64,000 nt of DNA, taken from NCBI GenBank assembly GCA_028534125.1, contig CM052818.1, positions 14,944,001-15,008,000 of the forward strand, read 5' to 3'. The stretch comes from Lama glama. Lineage: Eukaryota. Positions 52,358 to 63,747 of this stretch are shown here, piece after piece; the stretch's first letter is position 1, and the number at the start of each line of letters is the position of its first letter. The position numbers were made by a program, and so were the translations under genes. The notes under the pieces are model-generated. The model searched no databases. It was not told where the DNA came from and saw only the letters and a program-made list of their open reading frames with translations.

Positions 52358-52629
52358 CCTCCGCCGCCGAGCTCTCCAGCCGCCGCCACAACCTCCTCGG
52401 CCCACAGAGGAGAGGAGGGGGAGGAGGAGGAGGAGGCGGCGGGACTACCAAGCGCCCAAGCAGCCCGGGGCCCAACCGCCGCCACGTCTCCTTCCGGAGA
52501 GCCCGGCAACACCGCCCCCGCCCCCTCGGGCTTCCCGCCACCGTTTCCGGGGCAGGAGGCAAATCAACATCCGGGGCCGCCGGGCCGTCTGCCTACGGAA
52601 GCCGGAACACAAGCCAGGCTACTCTCCTC

Positions 52630-52751
52630 TCACACAGCCGCAGTCTCGCGACGGGCAGCGAACGCAGCGGCCTTCTGGGAGGCGACGCTGGGAGACCGGC
52701 CTCGGAGCAGCGTTTTCGGCGGCGGCGGCGAAGTGGCAGCACGAAGAGCCG
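52630..52751 (+). other. ASB3: Probable non-coding exon 1 of ASB3 (start approximate; coding exons outside window)
   Basis: Consensus donor CCG|GTGAGT at 52751/52752, divergent from ERLEC1; identity inferred from known head-to-head synteny. Confidence 0.65.
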
Positions 52752-53554
52752 GTGAGTTCGGAAGGCGGCGGCCGCTCTCTCCCGCCATTCGCGCGGCTCC
52801 CCAGCGGTTGGGCGGCGGCTTTGGCGCTGACTGGAGCGGGTAGAAGAGCGTATGAGGGAGGCGGGTGCTGGTTTTCAGATGAAAAAATTCGAGGTAGCCA
52901 TGAGAAGTGAAAAGTGGCGATGTCTCTGACTGCTCTACTCTATCGCTGCTTTTTCTTTTTCTCCGCACGTAGCCTCTGTCCACTTCGTCTTTCCCGCTTG
53001 AAGCTTCTCTCCGCCTCTTTGCTGTGGGCTGTGGTCATCTCAGCACTTACAGCTCCTGACTAACGCGGGAGAGTCGGCTCAGTCTCTACAGCCCCGGGCT
53101 CGGGGTGCCCGAGCTGAGGGAACCTGTCATCCCCCAGTATGAAGAATACTATTTCTCCGAGGGTGGCATGGACGGGGACTCTTCTCGTGGGGAGGACAGC
53201 TAGACAGCTCGACCCCTGCCTTTTTACCCGACGTGGGGCTCCTCCTTCATCTCAGAGTTGGGAGTGTTGGGTGGCTGTTTTATCAAGGAATTTCTGTGAG
53301 GTTCAGGGCTAGGTGAACGTAAGGTTATGAAGTCACATAAGGTTAAGACCCGTCTGATTGCATTCAAGATAACACAGAACGTTTTGGATTCCCCTCCCCC
53401 TGTTTAAAAAATGCCAACGTTTTAATTTCCAATATAATGGGCTATATAGTGGTAGCTATAAGGCACCTGTCATTGTCTTTCTGGATGTAGGAAAAGCTAG
53501 ACCTTCTTGCTAGATCTGCTAAAGATGGACTCCTCCCCACCCCTGGAATTTGAG

Positions 53555-53577
53555 ACACACACACACACACACACACA
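53555..53577. repeat. (AC)n microsatellite
   Basis: About 11 AC units. Confidence 0.9.
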
Positions 53578-53955
53578 GAAAATTACTTTGTTCCAGAATT
53601 GAGGTGTTGTTCATTAACTAATTTATTAATTTATTTATTAATGCTTAATATGTGCCAGAACACCAGAACACTGGGATTGGTAAATGGCAGATGAATGGGT
53701 CTCTGTCCTCTGTCTCTCATGGTCTAGCAAGAGAGATTACGCAAATAATAGTAACCTATTGTGGTAATAATAAAGTAGCTAGCATTTATATAACATTTAC
53801 TGTGTGCACTAGTCTAAGTACTTTTTATGTATTATGAGGCACATGCTATAGATTATACAGAAGAGGGATGTTAAGAGTGGAGATATAAAGAAGGGCAGGG
53901 ATTGAATGGGAAAGGCTTCCCAGAAGAGGCGATGTTAGAACTGGGGTTTTATAAC

Positions 53956-54205
53956 TTATGGTTGACAGGGGGAAAGGGGATGGAGAGGGATAAATTGAGA
54001 GTTTGGGATTTGTAGATACTCACTACTGTATATAAAATAGATAAACAGGGTCCTACTGTGTAGCACAGGGAACTATATTTAGTATCTTGTAATAGCCTAT
54101 AAGGAAAAAGAATACGAAAAGAAATATATACATAAATGAATCACTATAATGTACAACAGAAATTAACACAACGTTATAAATCAACTATACATCAGTTAAA
54201 AAAAT
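53956..54205 (+). mobile_element. L1 3'UTR (cetartiodactyl type)
   Basis: gggataaattgagagtttgggatttgtagatac...gtcctactgtgtagcacagggaactatatt...aaatcaactatac. Confidence 0.85.
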
Positions 54206-54217
54206 TTATTTTAAAGT

Positions 54218-54408
54218 TTGCCAGCAACCACCGGCAGCTGGGAAGAAGTAAGGACAGATCCTCCCCTGGAGGTTTCAGAAAGAGCATGGCTCTACTGACT
54301 CCTTGATTTCAGCCTTCTAATCCCCAGAAGTGTGAAGCAATACATTTCTATTGTTTTAAGCTACCTGATTTGTGGTAATTTGTATGGCAGCCCTAGGAAA
54401 CTAACATA
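54218..54408 (+). mobile_element. MLT1B/C-like LTR 3' fragment
   Basis: gccagcaaccacc...ccttgatttcagccttc...tttgtggtaatttgtatggcagccctaggaaactaaca. Confidence 0.8.
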
Positions 54409-54544
54409 GGAGGCAAATGTGGCAAAAAGGAGACCAATAAGGAAGCTGGTAGTGGTGTAGATGGGGAGAAATGGCCTGAATTGTAATGTATTTTTCACAT
54501 AGAGCATCTTGAATTTGCTGGTAGGTTAGATGTGGCACATTCTT

Positions 54545-55075
54545 TTCTTTTTTTTTTTAATAGACTTTATTCTTTTAGAGCAGTTTCAGCTTCACAACAG
54601 AATTGAGCTGAAAATATCGAGTTTGCACATAGCCCTCCTCACCCACACATATATACTCCCCTACCCTCAACATCCCTCATCAGTGTGGCATATTTGGTAC
54701 AATTGATGAACCAACATGGGCGCATTATTATCAACCAAAGTCCATAGTTTACATTAGGGTTCATTCTTGATGTTGTACATTCTATGGGTTTTGACAAATG
54801 CGTAATGACATGTAGCCACCACCATAGTATCATACAGAATAATTTCATTGCCCTAAAAATCCCTTGTGCTCCATCTATTCATCCCTCCCTCCACCTCCCC
54901 AAACCCCTGGAAACCATGATCTTTTTGTTATTTCTGTAGCTGTGCCTTTTCCAGAATGTCATTTGGTTGGAATTACACAGTTGGAGCCTTTTCAGACTGG
55001 CTTCTTTCATTTAGTAATATGTCTTTTAAGTTTCTTCCATGTCTTTCATGGCTTGATAGATCATTTCTTTTTTAA
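54545..55075 (-). mobile_element. L1MC1-like 3' end
   Basis: tttaatagactttattcttttagagcagtttcag...ccaaagtccatagtttacattagggttcattcttg...tttgacaaatg. Confidence 0.75.
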
Positions 55076-55194
55076 CTGAACATATATTTTTTAATTTACA
55101 TATATGTATTGTTCGTTGTTTCTAAGAATGTTTAGACCTTTAGCTTTTTAAACTTACATAGTTATCAAAGAAATAAAGCCAGCCACAAAATAAG

Positions 55195-55945
55195 AATTAA
55201 TTCAAAAAGATAATACACCCTGCTTTTAACAGCAACATTGTTTATAATTGCCAAGATATGGAAGCATCCTAAGTGCACATCAGTGGTTGAATAGATAATG
55301 AAGATGCAGCATGTATTTATATATGTAATGGAATACAACTCGTTCATAAAAAAGAAGGCTATTTGGCAATTTGTGGCCCTTCATTCACTTTTTATTTTCA
55401 CTTCAAAAACCAGAATTTTATAACTGGCAGAGACATTTCCATTACATCAAAAACAACAAAATACCTAGAAATAAACTTAACCAAGTTTACCTATACTCTG
55501 AAAACCGAAATGACACAAAGAAATGGAAAGACTTCTTGTGCTCTTGAATTGGAAGAATTAACACTATCAAAATGGCCACACTACCCAAAGCAATCCACAG
55601 ATCCAATGCAACCCCCATCAAAATACCCGTGACATTCCTCACAGAACTAGAACAAACAGTTCCAAAATTTATAAGGAACCACAAAAGACCCTGAACAGCC
55701 AAAGCATTCTTTTGTAGGACTCTCTTTTTTTTTTCTCTTTCTTCTTTTTGTTCTCTTTTCTTACGGTTTGATGACTAGAGAAGGTCCTTTAACATTTGTT
55801 GTAAAGCTGGCTTGGTGATGCTGAAATCTTTTAGCTTTTGTTTACCTGTGAAGCTTTTGATTTCTCCATGAAGTCTGAATGAGAGCCTTGCTGGATAGAG
55901 TATTCTTGGTTGTAAGTTTCCCCCTTTCATCGCTTTAAATATATT
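55195..55945. mobile_element. Rearranged L1 fragments (ORF2 pieces on +, ORF1 C-terminus on -)
   Basis: + strand: ITSKTTKYLEINLTK and ctacccaaagcaatc; - strand: NLQPRILYPARLSFRLHGEIKSFTGKQKLKDF (ORF1p C-terminal domain). Confidence 0.8.
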
Positions 55946-56754
55946 GATGTGGCACATGGCACATTCTTACAGAGATGAATTAATGATGATGTTTAGATAT
56001 ATTTTATGAGGATCTAGTGGTGCAGTTTACTGAAACAAGGAAGAACAGAATGTGGACTGATGGGAACTGTGTTTTTGTTTGTTTGACTCTATTTTGAAGT
56101 GATTTCAAACTTACATAAAAGTTGCAAGACTCAAACTTAGATTCCCCAGTTGTTAACATTTTACATATGTGATTTGATTACTATAATTATAATTTCTGAA
56201 TCAAGCGTTCTGTTTTTGATACGTTAAGCATTAGATATCAGTTAGACATTAAGTGGAGCTAACGAGTTAGTTAAGTAAATCTGAAGCTCGGGGGGACGTC
56301 AGGGCTGGAGTTGTAAATTTTGGCATTATCAGCATGTGGATATAGTTAAAACCATGGTACTGGTTGAGATCATTTAGGGAACAAATAATGGTAACAAAGG
56401 GAAGCTAAGGGTCATTGCAACATTAGCTACTGAACAGCAGTAAAGACTTAATGAAACAGACTGGAAAGATGTGCCCATGAAAGCCGAAAGAAATCAGGAA
56501 ACTGAGATATTAAGGAAGTCAAGAGAAAGGAGGTAAGAAAGTTTCAAGAAGGAGGTAATGACCAGCCAGCTGAGTCAAGTAAATGCTGCTGAGTAGTTGT
56601 AAAACTTGCGAATAAGTAACTACTGGATTGGCAGCATGGAGGAAGAGTGGGGGGGGGGGGGGAAGCTTGATTGGATTGGGTTGAGGTAGAGGGCTTGTTT
56701 ATGTGTAAGTTACACTAAAAACATTATGTTTTTGCATTTCAGTGGAGTATAGAC

Positions 56755-56981
56755 CAGAGTTTCTTGGCACTGTTGACATTTTGGAACAGATGATCCTTTG
56801 TCGTGAGGGGCTATCTTGTGCATTGTATAATGTTTAATAGTATCCCTGGCTTGTTTCCACTAGATGCTAGTAGGATGGGTCACCCCCTCCCCCATGCCCC
56901 CAAGTTGTAACGACTAAAAATGACTGCAGACATTGCCAAATGTTCTTTGGCAGGCAAAATGGCCCATGGTTGAGAACCACT
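56755..56981 (+). mobile_element. MER20-like hAT DNA transposon
   Basis: ggcactgttgacattttggaacagatgatcctttg...ccactagatgctagtag...cagacattgccaaatg...ggttgagaaccact. Confidence 0.85.
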
Positions 56982-58417
56982 AGTTTAGATTCTTAAATGA
57001 AAGGCATGACTGTTCCTGCTAAAGTTTTAGACATTAGTGTGAAGATGTTTAGGGGCAAGCAGGGGACCTTTCTAGCACTCCAAGAATTTTGTGCTGTAGT
57101 GTATATCTACTTTGCCTGTAATGCTAGTGGTCTTATTTTATCTTTGATGATTCATAATGAATCTTACCTTGCACTGTCATTATTATGCGCATTAGTTATC
57201 ATCATAGAGAATTTTGAATGTAAATACATAGAAGATGTGCCTGCATATTTGTTCTATACTGTAGATTTCTCTGCATTGTCTTAATCCTCAATATAATCCC
57301 ACCTGCTTTTTCTCTTCCAGATTAAATGAATTAATTTCAGTGGGATTTTGGTAGGAAGTGGAAGAAAATTCATGTGCTTATTTTGTCTTATACAGAGTAG
57401 ATAATTCATAAGCATTTGTTAAGTAAATCAATTAGTACTATTGAGAAAATTGGATAAAATATATTTCTTTTTAAATTTAAAAAAATTATGGCTGTAGGAT
57501 GTGGGTAATTAAATGAATCCTTTTTCATATATTGTATTTTTTTTCATTCTTTTAATTTTATTATGTTTTAGGAAAGAATCTCATTGGGGTTAAAATTTAC
57601 CAGTGGAGGTACAAAATAAGAAAGCTGCTATCTCTCACTTTTTTTTTTTCCCACAAATTACAGGTCTTAATTCCATTTTGTTCCTTTTTAGTGTTTAGCA
57701 CTGTGCCTGGCATGTTGTAAGTATTCAGTGATAGTTACTATTTTTATGTTTGTTTAACTTAAACTCTTTTTGTCTCTCATTTTTGTCATTTAAGAAAATT
57801 GGGATTAATACATGTAAAGTACTTGGAATAGATTTTGGCATTTTTAGTAAGTGTCCCATAAGTGCACTACTGTTCCTTGATCCATGAACAACTATATTTT
57901 TTTCTATGAAGCTTTTTCTGATCTTACTAGTTTGATTTAGTAATCTGCCTATCTGTATTCTATTTTATGTCCCAACCATTATGCTAAATAACATTGACTT
58001 GCTTGCTTGTGTGTCTTCCCACCAAATGTGGTTCTTGATATCTGGGGCCTGTCTTTTTTTATTTTGGTAGTCTTGGTGCATAGTTACTGCTTGCAACATA
58101 CTGTTAACCCCTCATTTTTGCTGGGTCTTAATGATTGAAGATGATGGTGTGACTGAGCATGGTGGGGTGTGCATTAGTGGAAAGTAAAATGTGACAAACA
58201 TGCTAACACCAGGTTGTAAGTAGTGGGATAGCAGGTTAAAGAATTTGAACTTTATTTTGTTTGCCCTGGGAGGTGTTTTTGGTTATTGACCAGTCTAATT
58301 TCATATTTAAGGAAGATAATTCTGAGTGCAGAATAGAGAATGTGCTAGTAAGAAGAAATAAGTTTAGAGGCAAGAAGATGTAAAAACTCTTAACTCTTGC
58401 TATAAAATAAGTTTCTT

Positions 58418-59116
58418 TTTTTTTAATTAAAATTTTTTTTACCTATAAAGCATTGTATTTAGTTGAGCTTCAATTGGTTTTTTTTAACTATTTTTTAAAA
58501 TTGAGATATAGTTAGTTTACAATGTGTCAATTTCTGGTATACAGCATAATGTTTGTCATATATCTACATACATATATTTGTTTTGGTATTTTTCATTATA
58601 TGTTACTACAGGTATTGAATATAGTTCCCGGTACTATACAGTATAAATTTGTTGTTTATCTGTTTTATATATAGTGGTCAGTATCTGCAAATCTCGAACT
58701 CCCAATTTATCCCTTACCTCCCTGGTAACCATAAGTTTGTTTTCTATGTTTCTGTTTTGTAAATAAGTTCATTTGTGGTTTTTTTTTAATAATAAGATTC
58801 CATATATAAGTGATCATAAGATATTTTTATTCTCTTTCTGGCTTACTTCACTGAGGATGATGATCTCCAGGTCCATCCATGTTGCTGTAAATGGCATTAT
58901 TTTATTCTTTTTTATGGCTGAGTAGTATTCCATTATATATATACCATAACAACTTCTTTTCTTTTTTTGACTGAGTTGGAATCAGTTTACAGTGTTGTGT
59001 CAATTTCTGGTATACCATAACTTCTTTATTCAGTCATTTGTTGATTGACATTTAGGTTGTTTCCATGTCTTGGCTATTGTAAGTAGTGCTACTATGAACA
59101 TTGGAATGCATGTATT
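58418..59116 (-). mobile_element. 5'-truncated L1 with TSD, a nested 51-bp L1 end and extra 3' sequence
   Basis: ctggtaaccataagtttgttttctatg; ccatccatgttgctgtaaatggcatt; flanked by ATAAGTTTCTT / ATAAGGTTCTT. Confidence 0.85.
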
Positions 59117-61057
59117 ATAAGGTTCTTAATTTAACTGAGATATCTTGCAGCTCATACTTGAAGGATAGGTCTTAACAACATGAAACCTTTTAAATCATAT
59201 CACAGCTAGGCTTCAGGGCTTCCCTTTAACTTTGCTTTTTGACTTTTTATTATAAAACATTATATGAAGTTTTTAGTAAAATGCTAAAATTTATTGTAAA
59301 CAAGGTGTACAACTGCATTTTGTAAATATTGTGAAAATATTATTCACTTTCTATGAAAGCTTGTAAGTTGGCAATATTTTCACCAATTTATCACCAAACA
59401 GGTGATAAACCTGTTTGTTGTGTTTTCTGTTCTATCTGTTGTTCAACATTTAATGTGTATCATGTGTAGGGAGGTAATGTGGGACACAATTTTTCTAGCT
59501 GGGAAAGGAGATGAATTCTGTTTTTAGTATACCAAGTTTTAGGTGTTTGTATAGCTAGGCTGGAGATACCTTACCTATAAGACTTACAGAGTTGTAAAGA
59601 CTTTGAGAGAGGGTAGAGATTGAAAGTTTTCTAATAAAAATGGTAACTGAGACGTAGGATTTGATGAGTTTATGCATCTGAAAACAGAGGTCTAAGATAT
59701 AAGTGGAAATGCAGTGAAATGTTCTGCTTTTTTTCACTAGTGTTTAATGCATCAGAATGATAAAGAAGGATGAAAACTGAGATCTTGGAGTTGAACCAAG
59801 AAGGGTTCATTGGAGACTTGAGACTGCACAATTGGGCAGAGTACGGCAGAGTAAAGTCAATTAGAGGGGCATTAAGACGAGTTCATAAGGAAATAGAAAC
59901 TGTAGTTAAAAAGATTCTGTGAAGGTTAGGAAAGCTGGAAGAGTAAGAAAAGAAATGTAGGATTAAGTGATGGTTTTTCCAGTTAAAGAAGGTGGTATGT
60001 GTGTTGGCAAACCATTTATAAAGACAAGGAGGTTCATTCAGTACTGTTAAATAAAACCACTGAGAAATTGGTACTGAACTATATAATATTTTAGAAAGGT
60101 AAAATGAAACTTAAAAAGAATTGAACAACCCTGAAATTCAAGAAAGCTGATTTTCATCATATAAATTTGACATACAGAAGAATAATTTTAGTAGTTGTTT
60201 CTGGAGGAGTTAAAATTCTTTGAAGAGTAGGCACAGGATATTTTAAGCACATTTATCATATAACTGACTTTGAAATAATCAGGAATGGTCAATTACAGGG
60301 GCATGATGCTTCTTACATTGATATTCACAACTGCTCCAAAGTTATAATTTTAAAAATATATGTATTTATGAAAAAGAGTGATCTAATATAGTGGAATGAA
60401 ATTTTGACACTAAAATGCTTGAAAACTTCTAATAGACCAAACATGGTTCTTAAACTATAGGCATCATTGTAATCATGAATCTCAGAGATACTAAATTCAT
60501 GGTATTTTTTGAATACTCAATATAAAGTAATATTAGATAGTACTTATTGAGTATTGGGTATTATATCAGGTACTGTGTACTGCTTTACATATACTAAAAT
60601 TAAATGGGTACTTTTAAGATATAAAATACACAGTCAGGTAAAATAATAAACAATTCAGTAGGAAATGAAAGAGAGTTTCCTATTTAAGATGAAATCCATA
60701 TCTATAGGCAAAGGTGAAACTTTCAAAATCAGTCTTAAAGAAATGGGTCACATTCATGTTTTTGGATATTCAGAGTTGACATCATAGCAACCTTTGTTTC
60801 CCTGAATGATAACAATTAATGTATGGAGGTGGTATTTGGATAGTGCTTACAGTTCTTGGTAGGTTGAATAGTGACTATGTTGTTTGAAAGTGTGAAAAGG
60901 AAGTATAATAGTGGCCCCAAGTAGGAGTAGGATTTTAAAAATCCAATCCATTAGATATTTATATTTAAAGTTTCTTTTCTCACTTAATCTAATAGATCTT
61001 TCTCCTGCCAAAGTCATATAAGCTATTTATATTGTGCCCTAAGATACTATAGCCTCG

Positions 61058-63747
61058 TTTTTTTACATTCTTTTATTGAGTAATAGTCATTTTACAATGT
61101 TGTGTCAAATTCTAGTGTTGAGCACAATTTTTCAGTTATACATGAACATATATATATTCATTATCACATTTTTTTTCCTATGAGCTACCGCCAGATCTTG
61201 TATATATTTCTCTGTGCTGTACAGTATAATCTTGTTTATCTCTTCTGCATTTTAAAATCCCAGTCTGTCCCTTCCCACCCCCAGCCCCCTTGGCAACCAC
61301 AAGTTTGTATTCTATGTCTGTGAGTCTGTTTCTGTTTTGTATTTGTGTTTTGTTTTGTTTTTTTAGACTCCTCATATGTGCAATCTCATATGGTATTTTT
61401 CTTTTTCTTTCTGGCTTACTTCACTTAGAATGACATTCTCCAGAAACATTCATGTTGCTGCAAATGGCGTTATGTTGTCAGTTTTTGTGGCTGAATAGTA
61501 TTCCATCGTATAAATATACCATATCTTCTTTATTCATTCATCTGTTGATAGACATTTAGGCTGTTTCCATGTCTTGGCTATTGGTGTAAATAGTGCAGAT
61601 GTCATTTTGAAGTAGGGTTCCTTCTGGATATATGCCCAGGAGCAGGATTCCTGGGTCATACAGTAAGTCTATTCCTAGTCTTTTGAGGAATCTCCATACT
61701 GTTTTCCACAATGGCTTTCCTTGCTTCCCTCTCCCACTCTTAATGATTTAGATGTCTTCTTTTACAATTTTATGTTTATTCTTTCTGTAATTCACAGTAG
61801 TTATCTCCTTTCCAGTTATGAGTTTCTCATTTTTGTAGCATCCTGCTTCTTTTCTATTTAGAGTAGACCTGTGAATATTTCTTTTAGCATGGGTTTAGTG
61901 TTGGTAAACTGTTAGTTTTTGCTTGTCTGTGAAGTTCTTTATCTCTCCTTCTATTCTAAAGAATAGCCTTGCTGGATAGAGTATCATAGGCTGCATCTTT
62001 TTTTCATTCAGGACTTTGAATATATCTTGCCACTCCCTTATGGCCTGCAGTGTTTGTGTAGAGAAATCAGCTGAGAGCCTTATGGGAATTCCGTTGTAAC
62101 TCATTCTGTTTTTCTCTTGCTGCCTTTAGGATCATTTCTTTATCCTTGACTCTGACCATCTTGATTATATGTCTTGATGTGGGTCTGTCTGGGTTCTTCC
62201 TGTTTGGGACCCTCCAAGCCTCCTGTACTTGGCTTCTATTTCATTTTTGACATATTTTATATCTCTAAACACTATTTCTTTTAGTTCCTTCAGTACTTTG
62301 ATCAGTCCTTTTTTGAAATCTTGATCTAGTAGGCCATCAATGTCTATTTCCTTGATTGTGCTTTCAGGGGATTTCTCGTGATCTTTTAATTGGGAGTGGT
62401 TCCTCTGCTTCTTCATATTGCTCATATCTGTCTGGCACTGTGGCTTAAGGAGTATCAGTTATCTAGTTCTCCTGGAGATGGTGTGCTGTTAATGATTTTA
62501 TCAAGAGGTCTTTGTGTCTTTGCCCTGTTTCTCGAACTCAACTTGCTGTTTCCAGAGGCCCTCTGTTGATGCCCTCATCTGTGCTGCTTCCAGTTTCTGC
62601 TGGCTAGCAGATTGCACCCCCTCCCAACACTGGGTCAGGTGCTGAGCTCTTACCCAGTGGGCAGGCGGGTCACTCCCCCTTCCCGATGTCACAGTCAGAT
62701 GCTGCGCTCGGGTGAGGCAGGTGGGCGGATCGTGCCCCCTCCCAGCACCGTGGTCAGGTGCTGCAGTTCCTCCCAGGAAGGCAGGTGGCTGCCCGCCCTC
62801 TCCCAGCTCCGGTTGCTCCGCTGCCCTGTGTAGCTGCCCACTCCACCTCGGGTCGCTGCTCTGAAAGTGGGCTCAGGGAAGACCGCAGAACGGCCCTGCC
62901 TCTGCCCCATGCCAAATCTCAGCTCCTTGTTTGTCTTGGTAGCGCAAGAAAGATCCTATCTGCCTCGGGCTGTAAACAAGTCTCAGTCCTGCCTAGGAGG
63001 TTTCAGAGCCCCTGGGTGCAGATTCAGGGCTCAGCCCTGCTCCCGCCTGGGCGCTGCACACAGGAGGCTATGACACTGTGGTTTTGCCCTGCCTCTCTTC
63101 TCACGACAAGCGCCAGTAATGGCGGCACAGGTCTGAGGAGACAAAGGCTATGGTGTCCCTCTCCCCAGGGCACACCAGCAGTGTTGCTTTGCTTGTTTTG
63201 CAATTTATGGGGGACTGAGATGGTTCTGCTCTGTATCCCCTCCCAGCCACATCATGCAGCACCCTGCAGTCCCCTGAGGCTGCCTCAGTGCAGCTGCCCC
63301 AGTCCTCCGCCCAGCTCGGGCGGCCTGTCCCGGCCCCTAGCTGCCTACTTGCATCTCGGGCTGGGTGTCGTGGGGACCCTTTGTACCCGTTAAACTCAGT
63401 TCTGTCGGTCAAGGGGTGCTCGGGGCAGATCTGAGCCTCGGAGGCCCCCCTCAGTCCCACTGGCCTCTCCATTGGAGAGGAGAGACCCAGTGAATGAGCG
63501 CCAGCCCTCCTTTGCTGCACTGTCCCTTTGGGACCGTTCCCACACTGTTTTGCTTTTTCTTATTTCTTTTTTCCTTTTCTCCTACCAGATTTATGGCGTC
63601 TTTGTCTTTCGAAGAGGGCGATGTTCTGTCGGAGTACAGCAGGTGCTCTGGTTGGCTGAGTAGGTCCGTAGATATGTGTTTTGGTGTATTTGTAGGGGAG
63701 GGTGAGCTACAAGTGTCCTTCTACTCTGCCATCTTGCTTCTCTCTCC
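61058..63747 (-). mobile_element. Internally deleted L1 (5'UTR + partial ORF1 + ORF2 tail + 3'UTR), 2.7 kb
   Basis: 5' end GGAGAGAGAAGCAAGATGGC (YY1-type motif); ORF1-like MSNMKKQRNHSQLK... and IPIRLSADFSTQTLQAIREWQDIFKVL...; direct jump to ORF2 tail at 61714/61715; TSD-like TATAGCCTC / TATACCCTC. Confidence 0.9.

Larger units (their letters stand above)
52080..53240. promoter_or_regulatory. CpG island, bidirectional ERLEC1/ASB3 promoter
   Basis: CpG-dense; ETS CCGGAA/TTCCGG motifs (~52492, ~52545, 52596-52607), GC box ~52515, TCTCGCGA at 52644-52651. Confidence 0.85.
53610..56700 (-). mobile_element. Degenerate L2 host element interrupted by several insertions
   Basis: ttattaatgcttaatatgtgccagaacacc; aaaggcttcccagaagaggcgatgttagaactgg; cagggctggagttgtaaattttggcattatcagcatgtggat. 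Confidence 0.55.

Noticed and set aside
52472..52486. ERSE-like CCAAC...CCACG
   Set aside because: CCAAT is imperfect and the spacing is 5 nt rather than the required 9
52068..52983. 280-aa and other ORFs over the ERLEC1/ASB3 promoter
   Set aside because: CpG-island artefacts, antisense to or overlapping ERLEC1 exon 1
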